Positions 25,510 to 37,749 of a stretch of DNA of 64,000 nucleotides are shown here, piece by piece. The notes under the pieces are model-generated. The model saw only the letters and a program-made list of their open reading frames with translations, was not told the origin of the DNA and made no database searches. The DNA comes from Felis catus (lineage: Eukaryota): positions 88,166,001-88,230,000 of the forward strand of contig NC_058368.1 of NCBI RefSeq assembly GCF_018350175.1, written 5' to 3'. The position numbers were made by a program, and so were the translations under genes. The stretch's first letter is position 1, and every line of letters begins with the position of its first letter.

Positions 25510-26102
25510 AGGGCAAGGCTGAGGCAGGGCCTGGGGCTGCGGCTAGGGTTGGAGCTGGAGCTGGGGCAGGGCTGGGGCTGGGGCTGGGGATAGACTGGGG
25601 CTGGGGCTGGGGCAGGGTCAGTGCTGGGTCTGAGGCTGGGGCTGGACTGGGACTGGGGCTGGGACTGAGGCTGGGACTGGGGCTGAAGTTGGGACAGGGG
25701 CTGGGACAGGGGCTGGGGATGGGTCAGGGCTGGGGCTGGGACTGGACTGGATCTGAGGCTGGACTGGGACAGGGGCTGGGGCTGGACTGGGGCTGAGGCT
25801 TGACTGGGGCAGTGGCTGGGGCAGGCCTGGGGCTGGGGATAGACTGGGCTGGGGCTGGCTTGGGGCAGGGGCTGGTCTGGGGCTGGGGCTGGGGTGGGGT
25901 CAGTGTCAGTGCTTGGTCTGAGGCTGGGGCTGGACTGGGTCTGAGGCTGGACTGGGACAGGGACTGGGGCTGGACTGAGGCTGGGGCTGAGGCTGGGACA
26001 GGGGCTGGGTCAGGGCTGGAACTGGGACTGGGGCTGAGGCTGGACTGGGGCTGAGGCTGGGCTGGACTTGGGCTGGGGCAGACCTGGGGCTGGGGCTGGG
26101 GG
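25510..26102. repeat. (GGGGCT/GGGACT)n G-rich repeat in intron 1
   Basis: Degenerate hexamer array, directly visible. Confidence 0.93.
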
Positions 26103-27259
26103 CTTCCCTCCCAGCCTGGTGTGCAGAGTGAGCAGGAGGTAGGAGCTGGGATTCAGGTCCTCTTTCTCCCTTCCCCCTCTCGGAGAACTCTGCCTGGCAC
26201 GGAGGCTCACAGGCAGGCAGGGCAGCTCCTGTTACAGGCCAGAAACCGAGAGAGGCTGGCCTGGGGTTGGGGGGGCGGGTAGTGGGGTGTCACGTGGGCG
26301 GTGGGAGCCCTCCCTGCCCCCTCCCTGAGGCTGCAACCTAACCCGGCCTGTTCCCGTTGCCCTCCCAGCCTCTGGCCACTAGGCAGGACCCTCTGGGCCG
26401 CTGCCTGGCCTCGGGGAAGGGGCTCTTCCCTCTTCCTCAGTGGCCTGGCCCTGCTTCTTGGCGGTGTGATTAGCAGGTGGTGTTTCCATCTGGTTCTCCA
26501 GGGGCCTAGACGGCTTGGCCTGATGCCCTCCTGGAAGGAGGGGGGCCTGGCTCCCAGCAGAAAGGGGCTGGCCTGAGGTCTCCTGGCGAGTTTGGGAAAC
26601 AGACTCAGACCCTTACCCCCCCATGCCCTGTGGACCTGGGTGGGCTGAAAGCTTTGCCTGCCCCTGCTTCTGGTGTTATAGGTGAGAACATGGAGTCGAG
26701 GAGTGATCTGTGTGTGCTGAAAATCTGTTCAGGAAGGGATGCCCCCAAACCCAGGGCGAGGAGCCCTGGTGCTCCCCCAAGCATGGAGCCAAGGGCTGGG
26801 TCCAGCAGAGCCGGGCCTGGGCTCCCTGGTACCTCGCTGCCCTTTTCTTAGAGATCCTGCATGTGCCAAGCCAGCCCCAGCAGAAGCCCCTGTGGCCGCC
26901 CATAGACTTACATCCGGGGGCTGCTGGGGGAGTGGAGGCCTCAGGCTTCCCATGTGGGTCATCTTCAGAGAGCTAGGAAGGGCCGTCATGAGCCCTGAGG
27001 CCCTTTCTTGGGGTTGGCCCCAGCAATCTGCATTCTGTGGGTGACACTTGCAGGCTGGCTTGGGGGAGGGAGCAGGGAGCAGGGCCCTGCTGGGAGGTCT
27101 GTCTGGTCCAGGCAGCCTGGAGGCCTGTATGGAGGAGGCTCTCCCAGCCAGGCCAGGCATTGGTGCGTGGGGTGCTCGAGGCAATGTCAAAGGCAGCTAA
27201 GGTGCTCTGGGCTGCAGTGAATGGGTCCTGAGGGCGTTTAGGGCCCACTGCCTTTCCGT

Positions 27260-28100
27260 GATTGAAATGGAACTCCTTTCCCATAGAGTCACCCTGTTGG
27301 AGCCTGCGGTGCAGTGGTTTCTGGTACATCTACAAGGCTGTGCAGCCAGCACCACTATCTAATTCCAGAGCGTTCCATCACCCCAGAAACCTCATATCCT
27401 GCCTCCCCCCGCTCCAACCCCAGCCCCTGGCAACTGCTAATCCACTTTCTGCCTCTGTGGATTTGCCTGCTCTGGACGTTTTACATAAGTGGAATCACAG
27501 CACGTGGCCTTGGTGTCTGGCTTATTTGACCGAGCATAGCGTTTTCAAGACTCATCCACGTTGTGGCATGCATCCGTGCTTCATTCCCTCAGTGACCATG
27601 TTGTGTTCGATTGTGTGGATGCACAGCAGTTTGTTACGTGCACTCCCCTGCTGACCGACACCTGGCTGGCTTCCACCATTTGGCTCTTGTGATGCCGCCG
27701 TGGGCATCAGTGTACAAGTTCTTCTGTGGATGTAGGTTTTCAGTTCCCTGGGTATGTATACTGAGAGGTGGAATTGCTAGATCATATGGTAATCACCATG
27801 CTACCCTCCCGCCAGCAATACAGAAATGTCCAGTGTCTCCACATCCTCGCTGGTTCTTGTTATTTCTAGTGTGTTGATCAGCTCTGCCTTTTCTTCTAGC
27901 CATCCCAGTGGGTGTGGAGTGGTATTTCACTGTGCTCTGACTTGCATTTCCCTGATGATGGGCGATGTTGAGCATCCTTCACGGGCATGTTAGTCATCCA
28001 TTATGTTTTCTTTGGAGAAATGTCTACTCAGTTTCTTCGCCCAGCTCTTGGCTGGGTTGTGGGTCTTTGTTGTTGATTTGTCAGAGCTCTTTATATATGT
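27260..28100 (-). mobile_element. L1MB-like 3' end, antisense, in WNT9A intron 1
   Basis: caccactatctaattccagagcgttccatcacccca, ctgctaatccactttctg and gacttgcatttccctgatga are typical antisense L1MB 3' UTR/ORF2-end phrases. Confidence 0.85.
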
Positions 28101-31100
28101 AGAGGTTTATTCCTAGATGGAGGAGAACGTGGAGTGTGAGCCGGCACGCTGTCTCTCAGCTGTGCCTGGGCCTTCACAATGGGTCTCTAACCCCACCCCC
28201 CCCCCCCCCCCCGCCCCAGCATGACTGTGTGGTAAAGGTGGTCCTCTGTTTACTAGAGGCTTGTCTACGGGCCTGGTCAGGGGTTCTGGGGACTTGTATG
28301 GGAGCCTGCCCTGCCTTCGGGGCTGATGTCATGGTGGGAGTGGCTGACTGTGCGTGCAAGGTCAGTGTCAGGAGGTGGCAGTGCCCCTCTGTATGAGCCT
28401 GGAGCCCAGCTGGGGGTTCTGTGTGGCTATGTGCCTATTGGCTGCTCAGAGGAAGGGATCCTAGAGGGCTGTGTGTTGGGGGTGGGGGCTCAGGCTTGCC
28501 TGTGGGGGGAGTCAGCCTCTCATGGTGAGGCCAGGGTGACCCAGAGCCCAGGGGGGCCAGGGTGGGGCTGGCAGAGAGGGAGGTGTCCCCTATGTTTCCC
28601 TGGCTGGGGGCCAGGGGTGTGGAGCTAGAGCTGAATGAGAAGCAGGCTGGGCCCATGGTGTCCACAGACCCACCTCAGGATGGACGTGCCCACAGTAGCC
28701 CTGCAAGGCCCCAGCTCCAGCCTTTGGAAGGGAGGCCATGGAGTGGGCTCAGCTCTGCAGTCAGAGCTGAGCAGGAGGGCAGGCCCAGGCCTTCTCCGCA
28801 GTGTCCAGGCAGCCGAGTGGCCAGCAGGGAGACTGTGCGGCCCCTTGGAAGTGGCCCTGTGGGCAAGGGGGCACGTGGGGTGGGCTGGACAGACTGGAGG
28901 GCACTGTGTGGAGGGGTTGGGGCAGGTGTGGGGAGGCAGGTGGACAAGGGTAGGGATACGCCCCTGCATCTCTGCTCTCCAGACTCTGTCCCTCCTCCCT
29001 GCCATCCTGACCAGTCTCCTCTGTGGGGCCCGTGGCCCCCCAGCACAGAGACCAGTAGAAGCAGGTGCTAAGTGCCAGCCCAGCCCAGGCCTCTGGGCTG
29101 GGGGCCTCCTGAGGCCTCGTGGTGAAGCCTGAGGTGAGGAGGAAGCCACCGCCACCTGGCCCCCCTCAGCTGTGGGAGCAGATGTCCTGCCACAGCCGGC
29201 GGCCGTCTGGACGGGGGGACAGCTGGCCTAATCTCGCCCCCATCCTCTCCACTGTGGCCGGGACCCAACTCTGCAGATGAGGGCACTGATGGGACCCTGC
29301 CGGGGCTTCCAGGGTGGCCCTGGCCCAGGGCGCCACCCGCGGCCCGTCCCTGGGGGCCCCACCATGTCCAGGACAATAGCAAAAGTGTGTGGGTAGCTTT
29401 TCTCCTGGAAAAGAATGCACACACACAATTTCTCCCGGGGGGCTATGGGACCTGGACGCAGGACGAGCAATGAGCTGATAAGGGGCCTGGCTTGGTTTTC
29501 CTAGTTGCAGAAAAATGACACCAGTCAGCAGGGCCAGCACCCAGCCCTCTTAATCCAGGCCTGGAGGGGCACTGGCCCCTTTGTGTATTGTCCTGGTGGG
29601 CAGTGCCTGTCCCAGCTCGGCAGGCCCAGAGGGGTATCAGTGGAAGCACAGTTGTCTGGGAGGTGGGCGAGGCCAGGCCCCTGCTGGCAAGTATGCCTCT
29701 GGAGGGTGGCGAGCAGGACTGTGGGCCTCTGCCCTGCTTGGGGTCTGTGTCAGGAAACCAGCATGGCCTAGCGGGGCCCCTCTGTACCTGCAGTGCCTCT
29801 AGGGAGCCCTGAGTGCTCCAAAGTGCACCAGGCAGGTGCGTCCGAGGCTCTGCTCCCTCGCTCTGCACTCAGAAGCCTGGCCTGGGGTCTGAGGGGCTGC
29901 TGCATCAGGCTTCCCAGTCCCCCTCCCCGCCCCCGCTGGCCCTGACGTCCCCAGCTACAGGAATGGTGGGCTCAGCCTGAGACCTGTCTGATGGCCGTTC
30001 AGTGGGCTGTGTGCTGAGGGGCAGGGGGTGCCTCTGGAGCTCCCAGGGCAGGGGTGTGGCTGGAGGGCTGGGAGCACCCCCTGGTATGGGTGGGGAAGCT
30101 GGGGGCCTGAGGCCGGGGCGGATTGCGGGGTGGCTCATCGTTAAGGGGCCTCCGTGGGCTAGCAGGCGGCAGGTGGCCGTGCAGGGGCCTCCACAGGAGG
30201 GCAGCGCCGACCTGGGTGGCGTGCTGGCCGCCCGGCTCCGTGACCCGCGGGCCCGGCCTGCCGTCCTCCCCTGCCCCTCCCAGCGCGGTTCCTGGCTGGC
30301 CTGGCGCCTCTGGCCGCAGGAGGAAACCCAGCCGCCCAGCTGGCAGGCCGTGTACCTCGAGACTGGCGGCCGGACGAGGGAATGGAAAACGGCAAGCCTC
30401 AAGCTGCGTTTGTTTTTCTTAGCGATACCTGAGGTAGACGCGGCCAGGGAAGTGGTCTGGCCCGGGAGAGAGGCTGCCAGGGGCTCCTAGACCAGAGCAC
30501 GTCAGAGCCGGCTCCCTCATGGACAGACAGAGCCGCCGCAGCCGCCCCGGGGCCCTCCCCGTGTCCCCGGCTGTGCTGGGCATGCAGGAGGCCAGCTCCA
30601 GGCAGGAAGGTGGGCGCCAGGGGCCTGCCCCACGTCCTTCCCGGCCCTGCTTGTGAGCTCCTTTGGACTCTAGCTATCTGGGAGGCCCAGGGCCATGGCA
30701 CAGCCTGGCTGCTCCCTCGTCTCCCCTCGCCTGCCTGTGACTTGGGTCCTGGACGGCCTCAGTCGCTCTCCTGGGTGCCCATAGCCTGCCCTGCTGGCCG
30801 GCGGCCAAAGAGGCCAGCTGACTGGTGGCCTTCAGGGCCTGGGGTCCCAGGGGCTCTGCTTGTCCTGGTGGTTGCTGAGGGTGGACAGGGACATTTCTGT
30901 TGGGCTCGGGGACCCCAGGCCTTGTGCAGTGGAGTTTGCTGAGTCCTGTGTCCCTCTGGGCTGGGAGCATCCACTATGCATTCTCACCACCCCTGTGTGG
31001 ACACAGCCTGTTGACAAGGGAGTGGAGAGGGGGTGCCCTGGAATGTGGGGAAGTAGAATGTCGGCAGCTCTCATAGAGGTGACAGCTGTCATAAACACAA

Positions 31101-31177
31101 GGGTGCTCGCCACGCTCCTGCTCTGGTTACCATGGCCTGTGGCCCCTGCCTCCTCCTTGGTGGGCCTGGGCATCAGA

Positions 31178-31360
31178 TGGCCGAGTCAAGCTGCAGGGAG
31201 CCCCCTGGCTCTGGTGGTGTCTGCACCCACCCCACCATGTCCCCGTGTCCCCTGCACAGGGCCGAGTCAGGCTGCAGGGAGCCCCCGGCTCTGTTGGTGT
31301 CTGCACCCACCCCAACGCACCCCCACATCCCCCATGCAGGGCCGAGTCAGGCTGCAGGCC
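31178..31360. repeat. ~80-bp tandem repeat, about 2.3 copies
   Basis: ccgagtca(a/g)gctgcagg recurs at 31181, 31262 and 31342. Confidence 0.85.
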
Positions 31361-32199
31361 CCGGGAGGATGGAGGGTTAATCTCAGAACCAGTTTCTCCG
31401 CATTGGAATTTGTTTTGAATTCGATTCGCACAGAAATTAAACGCTGTCTGGTGGGGCTGAGGTTCCTTGGCAGCGCGCTGTGGCTTCTGGAACTCCGGCC
31501 TCTTCTCCCTCCGCCCAGCCCTGGGAGCTGGGTTTGTGGGCAGGGTGGCCCTTGGGGTGGCCGGGCCTGCTGGCAGGAGGAAGGGCCATTGGAATCCGCC
31601 TGGCCTCAGAGCTGGAGGAAGCAAGCACTCTGGGGACCGGCCAGCTGCCGGCTCCTGCTGAGGACAGGGACATCCCCCATTCCTTGCTGGCAGTGCCGCC
31701 CTGCCCCCTGGCTGCCCGAGGGGGCAGGTTTGGGAGTGTGTGACCAGCTAGGTGTTCAGAGGGGTTGCCCCATCCCCAGGCCGCCAGCATGCCAGTCTCA
31801 GGCCCCTCCTCCGAAGGGGACAGGCTCCTAGACTTAGCTGTGTCTGTCCTGGGTTCTTTCCAGGCCTGCTGGGACTAGGGTGGGGTCTCCTTGGTGTCAC
31901 TGCAGGCTGATCAGGAGGAGGGGCCCTCAACAGCACAAAACCCAGTGTAGGAAGGCCTTGTCTCGAGACCCTAACCTTCATTTCATCTACTAAGGCACTT
32001 ATTCCAAAAAAAGCACATGTCAAGGTCCCAGCAGATGTGAACTTGGGGACATGTGCCCTCTGTCTGTCATGTACGGTGAGCAGCACAGGCCAGGGGTAGC
32101 GGGGCAGGCATGTGTGGAGGTGCCTTTCTCTGTGGGCCTCCCCAGCTCTGGCAGCGGACCCAGAGTGGAGTGTCACAGGCCGAATGGGAGCTCTCAGCA

Positions 32200-32900
32200 T
32201 GCTTCCAGGGAGGAGATAACCTTGGAGTATCCACAAGGAGTAAGAAACTGCAAAAACTGACCCAGCAGGTTTGGAGAAACCAAATGGGACTGGGGGGAAG
32301 GTGTACGTCGTTGAAAGCGGATTTGAAATAGCTGAAGAGAGCCAGTAAGGCAGATGATGGGGCAGGAGACTCATGTGGAGTGTGGCCTGTGTTGGCAGAA
32401 ATGTGGAGAACCAGAGGCCAGAGGCTGGATTCAGGGACTGGGCGGCCAGGGGTCCTGTTTGCAGAGAATGGCGGAGCATTTTCCAAAAGTCTCAGAATTT
32501 GTCAGGGTCACGTGCAGGATTCAGGAGGCCCCAAGTTGTCCTAAACAGAGAAAACAAAAATGCTTCCAGAACATGAACTAGAAGCATAAAACACCCAAGA
32601 CAAGGAACCATAAAAGCAGCCTGGGCCAGCAGATGCAGATACTGTGGGAGGCTGGTCAGCCTGGTGGTGAACCTCAGAGCAGAAACGCACACAGTGCATG
32701 GCAGGCTGGGGACTTGCCCAGGGAAGTGAAATACAGACCTTTACAGACAAGCTGCAAGATGCTCAGAAGGCTACTGTCCAGGAGCCGAGGAGTGTCCAGC
32801 ATCCTGTTGGGTCCTCACAGTGGAACTAAAATACACGACGGCCTGTAATTTGGGAGTGGGGTTCACAGGCTTGTGTCCTCAGGCCTGGTATTGCCCACCA
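32200..32900 (+). mobile_element. Decayed L1 ORF1 remnant
   Basis: aatggcggagcattttccaaaa...gattcaggaggccc...aagacaaggaaccataaaagcagcc echoes the ORF1p motifs MAENFP, IQEAQ and KDKEKILKAA. Confidence 0.55.
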
Positions 32901-33211
32901 CTGGATGTGACTAAGCCACAGACGTGTGCAGTTGTGAGGGTGGCTGTGAAATAGCGGCAATGCAACGTGAAGGTTCAAATCACCAGGGGGAGATGGGTTA
33001 TCAAGGAGTAACTGGAAAGGAGGCAGGAGAGGAGACAAAGTGAAATGGGGCGGACCTGTGGAGGAAATACCAGCCGTGTGGCTGAGGAGACCGGGGTCCT
33101 AGCCAGGGCCTTGGTCTGATCACTGGCTCTGCGACAGGACAGGATGTAAGCATAGAGAACGTAGGAGGTCAGGGAGAGAACACACCACCTCAGTGGACCT
33201 TGAGGGAGTTT

Positions 33212-33927
33212 CACTGTGACCCAGGCTCTGCATGGTGACCTGGGTTGTGATCCAGGCTCTGCATAGTCTCCAGGCTGTGACCCAGGGTCTGCACAGTGAC
33301 CAGGGCTGTGATCCAGGCTCTGCATAGTCTCCAGGCTGTGACCCAGGGTCTGCACAGTGACCAGGGCTGTGATCCAGGCTCTGCATAGTCTCTAGGCTGT
33401 GGCTCAGGATCTGCCTAGTGACCTTGGCTGTGACCCAGGCTCCACATAGTCTCCAGGCTGTGATCCAGGCTGATGCACCGTGACCTGGGCTGTGACCCAG
33501 GCTCTGCATTGTCTCAGGCTGTGACCCAGGGTCTGCATAGTGATCTGGGCTGTGATCTAGGTTCTGCACAGTGACCTGACTGTGATCCAGGCTCTGCATA
33601 GTTTCCAGGATGTGACCAGGGTATGCATGGTGATCTGGGCTGTGTTCCAGGCTCTGCACAGTGATCTGGGCTGTGACCCAGGCTCTGCATAGTCTCCAGG
33701 CTGTGACCCAGGGTCTGCATGGTGTTTTGGGCTGTGATCCAGGCTCTGCACAGTGACCTGGCTGTGACCCAGCCTCTGCATAGTCTCCAGGCTGTGACCC
33801 AGGCTCTACACAGTGACCTGGTCTATGACCCAGGCTCTGCATGGTGACCTGGCCTATGACTGGGGCTGTGATTAGGGCTGTACACGGTCTTTGGGCTGTG
33901 ACCCAGGCTCTGTCTGCATGGTGACCT
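33212..33927. repeat. Minisatellite with 30/31-bp monomers forming a 61-bp dimer
   Basis: gctgtgatccaggctctgcatagtctccag alternates with gctgtgacccagggtctgcacagtgaccagg; the 61-bp period is near-exact at 33246-33390. Confidence 0.93.
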
Positions 33928-34399
33928 GATTCTGAAGCAGGAGGTGCAGAAGTGGAGAGAAGCCTGGATGCGGTCAGCAGTGGTTGGTCACAGATTTGAG
34001 GAAAAGAACAGTAAGCTAAAGCCAAACATGGCAGAAGGAAGAAAACAGAAGCCGTACGAAAACCAACAAAGTACCGACTGTGCATTAGAGATGAAGGGTC
34101 CCTCTCTGGGAATTGCTGCTGGGAAATCGCTACAGATTCTGCAGACAAGAGTAGGGGATGCTGAGCGCTTTCCTGCCAACCAGGCTGCAAATTCTGAGGC
34201 AACGCAGAAAACCAGAGGAGTAACAGAAACAGACTCGAGACAGAGAAATACTGAGTCCGTTGTGAGTAGGGAAGCAGGTTAGTGGTCACGATCTGACAGT
34301 TCCCTCAACAATGGTGACTAGCACTTCTGCTCCTTGGTGGACACCAGCATCCACGCACAGACGTGCACAGGAGGGGCAGCGGTGGCTTGCGCATGATGG

Positions 34400-34760
34400 C
34401 AAAAGGGTGGATGACTCAAGTCCACCGCCCAAGGACAGGTGAGCACAGTGTGGTCTGTCCATATGGTGACACACAGCAACATGGACATGCTGTCAGCACA
34501 GGAGCCCTGTCACCAAAGGCCACCTACCGTATTTGTCTGAAACGTCCAGGACAGGCTGATCCACAAAGTACATTAGTGGTGGCCAGGTGCAGAAGAATAG
34601 GTTTGTCTCTGAGCCAATGAAATGCCCTGAAATCGACTGGCCGTGTTTGCACGCATCTGTGAAAATGCAGCAAAACACTGAATTGTGGACTTAAATGGGT
34701 GAATTTTGTGGTATGCAAATTGTATCTCAATAAAACTGTTTGGAAAAGAGGAGAGGAAAA
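34400..34760 (+). mobile_element. Old L1 3' terminus
   Basis: cactgaattgtggacttaaatgggtgaattttgtggtatgcaaattgtatctcaataaa is a classic L1MB/ME end. Confidence 0.8.
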
Positions 34761-37749
34761 AAAAAGAAAAGTAATTGGATCAGCAGGGAGATCTTTTCAT
34801 CCAGAAAAGGCCAGTCCTACCAAACAGTTAAGAAGATGTGATTTTGATCTGACTCATCTTCTGGGAAACTGAGACAGTGAGCGCTTTGCTAAGGCACTGA
34901 GACCCAGTGGGAAGAGCATGGAAGAGAAAATTACAAACACAGATGCAAACGGCCTAGACCCGACATCCTTAAGGTACAGCTCACAACACAGAGGAAGGAC
35001 AAAACCCCTTTCATCCGAGGCGCGCTGCACGGCCAGCATTGGAAAATCCAGTTAGTGGCATTCCTGTTTTAGCAGAAAAATCACATGCCAACAGATGCAG
35101 GGACCACATTTGAGGACACTTGACATCCTTTTATGAGTTTTGAGCAGCTTGTAGCAAATGGACGGCCGAGGGGTCTTCTTTAACCTGAGCTGGGCGCCCA
35201 GGGGATACCCGACGAACTTGCCATGCTGGTCACAGAAATGGCCAGGGCTTCCTTCTGAGAACCAGGACACAGACAGGGAGGCCCGCTGTCCTCACAGACA
35301 GACCCTTGGGTGGGAAGGGAGCGTTTCTGTGCTGCCGCAATAGAGTGCTGGCTCCGCAGACAGGAAGGTTCCCCGGCTTTGGCCTCTGATGCTCTAACCA
35401 CCTGTAGGGTGTCCGCGTCTCCGGAGAGCCAGGTCTGGGTGGTAGAGATGCAAGTTTGGGTGTGTAGACAGGGTGAGTGGGGGGAGGGTCCCCACTTCCT
35501 GGCACTGAGGTGGCAGAGATGTGAATTTGGGCATGTAGATGGGGTGAGCGGTGGGAAGGGTCCCCGCTTCCTGGCACTGGTGCCCATGGGTCTCTCTCAC
35601 CTTGGGGCCACACCTGCACACAGGTGCCCTGAATGGCTCTATGCTGGTGGGTGGCCACGGAGCTGGGGTGGGGGGGGGGCTCTGGGCCCTGCATGGCAGT
35701 TGGCAGATTCTGCACCATGGCTGGAAGGCAGGAAGGATGGCTGAGGATAGAAAAAGAAAGCCAGCAGCCTCGTCTCTCTGCAGACCACACGACCATACAC
35801 AGAGGTGAAAACCATCAGAGATGAATCAGCGCACGTGGCTTGTGCACCGAAGGCCAGTTGGACGTTGGATCAGTTGTGCCTCTGTTGGAATCCAGGACTG
35901 GCCAGCACAGGGCTGACCTCGGCGGGAGTACCTGTAGGCCCCCGGACTGCAGCAGCAGGGAGAGGCTGTGGGTGCCCCAGCAAGCCCATCTCACGCGTCA
36001 GCCTTGCCGAGTGGGTTCTCAAGTGTCCTGTGCAAACACAGAGCCAGCACATGCCTGCTGGACCTGCTGGAAGGAGCTCCTGACACAGTCCCAGTAAAAC
36101 ACCAGCCCAATGACCACCGGCCAGGGCAGAGCCCAGAACAAGGAGCCTGCAGAAGGCCGCTGGCCCTGCCCGGCTTGGACAGAGCACTTGGTGTGCCTGC
36201 GTTTAGGAGACGGTGTTCAGGACATTACAGGAGGGGCAGGCCTGCAAAATGAGATAGGAGAAATGGCACACACAGAAGAAAGTTGTGCAGTAAAGAGGGT
36301 TAGTGTCTGGGAGGACACTAAAAAGTGCCTGACGAGGTCACCGTGGGGATCGGAGCGTGGTCCCCTCTGACTCGGCAGGAGGGACTTGGGGGATCTCAGT
36401 GTGAGGCTGCGAAACATTTCCATGCGTTATCATGTCTTTGAAAATGCCTGAATGTCACCAAGTGCCATGCTGACATTTAGACCTCCTTAGGATTTATTTC
36501 CTGGTGGGAGATAGCCCAGCACTGGAAGGAGCTTGCCCGATAGGACGGGGATGGGGTGCTGCTTGCCTGCCCAGGAGGCCACTTGCCTGCAGACAGCCTG
36601 CCCAGCCTCACCTCCTCCACGGCCGCCTCTGCCAGGCTGGATGCCTGCTGGCAGGGGGCAGCTGCACTGAGCCTGGAGGCAGGTACACTGTTGCGGGGTG
36701 GGCAGTGGGGCCAGGGCCTGGAGTGCTCTGTGGCCTGGAAGGTACAGACTCCAGAGACGGGTGTGTGGGAAGAGGCCAGCACATAGGGCTGACGGTTGTG
36801 TGTGGAGTCGTGTGGTCTTGAATAGCCTACACGTTGTCCCTTGCATGTGTGCCAAGCTCTTGGGCTGCGGAGAGAGGAGTGAGCTGCATGTGTCCCCAGG
36901 CTCCTCTGCTCTGGGCTCCCCGTGGGTGCAGGCCTTCTGGGGGCACGGGCTGTGGGCTGTGGCTTGCTGATGCCTGCAGACTCCGTGGCATGGGCGGCCC
37001 ATTGTTCAGCCGGCCCTGGTCTTTTCATGCAACAGTGGGTGTTGGGGCAGCGTGTGAGCGAGACACCTTTGGAAAGAGAATGGGGTGAATTTCATAGACA
37101 TGTGAGTTCAGAAATCCAGCCACGGGGGGAAGACCTCTTCCCCATGTCCACAACAGTCCTCACCTGTGCTCCTTTGATGACTGGAAAATAACACCAGGGC
37201 GGTTTTACTCTGTGTTTCTGAGTGGGGCGGAGCCACGTACAAGTTCTCACAGATGCGCTCCACCCTGGAACTGTGTGGCCACATCCCATGGCCATGTGCA
37301 GCTGGTTCCTTTGGTTGCTGATCGGCAGGAAAGGGGTCTGTCCACACCCACGCCTCCACACAGAAAGGCAGTTGGCTCTTGGTCTGGGATCCAGCTCGCA
37401 GGATCTCCCCTGATGCGGGACTCTGCTGCTGTGCACGGTAGACCCTCTCACACTTAACCGTTTTTCTGGGCCTCTGGATTCTGGGTCACATGGAAAAGAG
37501 CCTTCTGTGTTCCAAGAGTGTTTTATGACCCTCTTGCCTTTTGTCTGGCACTTCTGAGGGTTCCTCTCCGTGTTTGGGTTTCTGTCCTGGGTGTCCATGC
37601 TCACTGATGCCCACCCCGTTCTCTGCACCCCGTGTACCGTCTGCCTGCTGGCACCTCTGTGAGGGTCTGTCCCCTGTCATTGCAGCCCCAGGCTGGTCTC
37701 AAGCAGAGTGCACCCCAATAGTTAAGGAGGCCTGGGGCAGAGGCCAACC

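Noticed and set aside
25510..26102. Immunoglobulin switch region
   Set aside because: Only superficial similarity of G-rich units; no immunoglobulin exons, and it lies within WNT9A intron 1.
30860..31831. 323-aa + strand ORF in intron 1
   Set aside because: Non-ATG start, GC-rich composition, includes an 80-bp repeat and has no recognisable homology.
33120..34289. 389-aa minus-strand ORF
   Set aside because: Mostly the 30/31-bp tandem repeat plus L1-derived flank; no recognisable domain.
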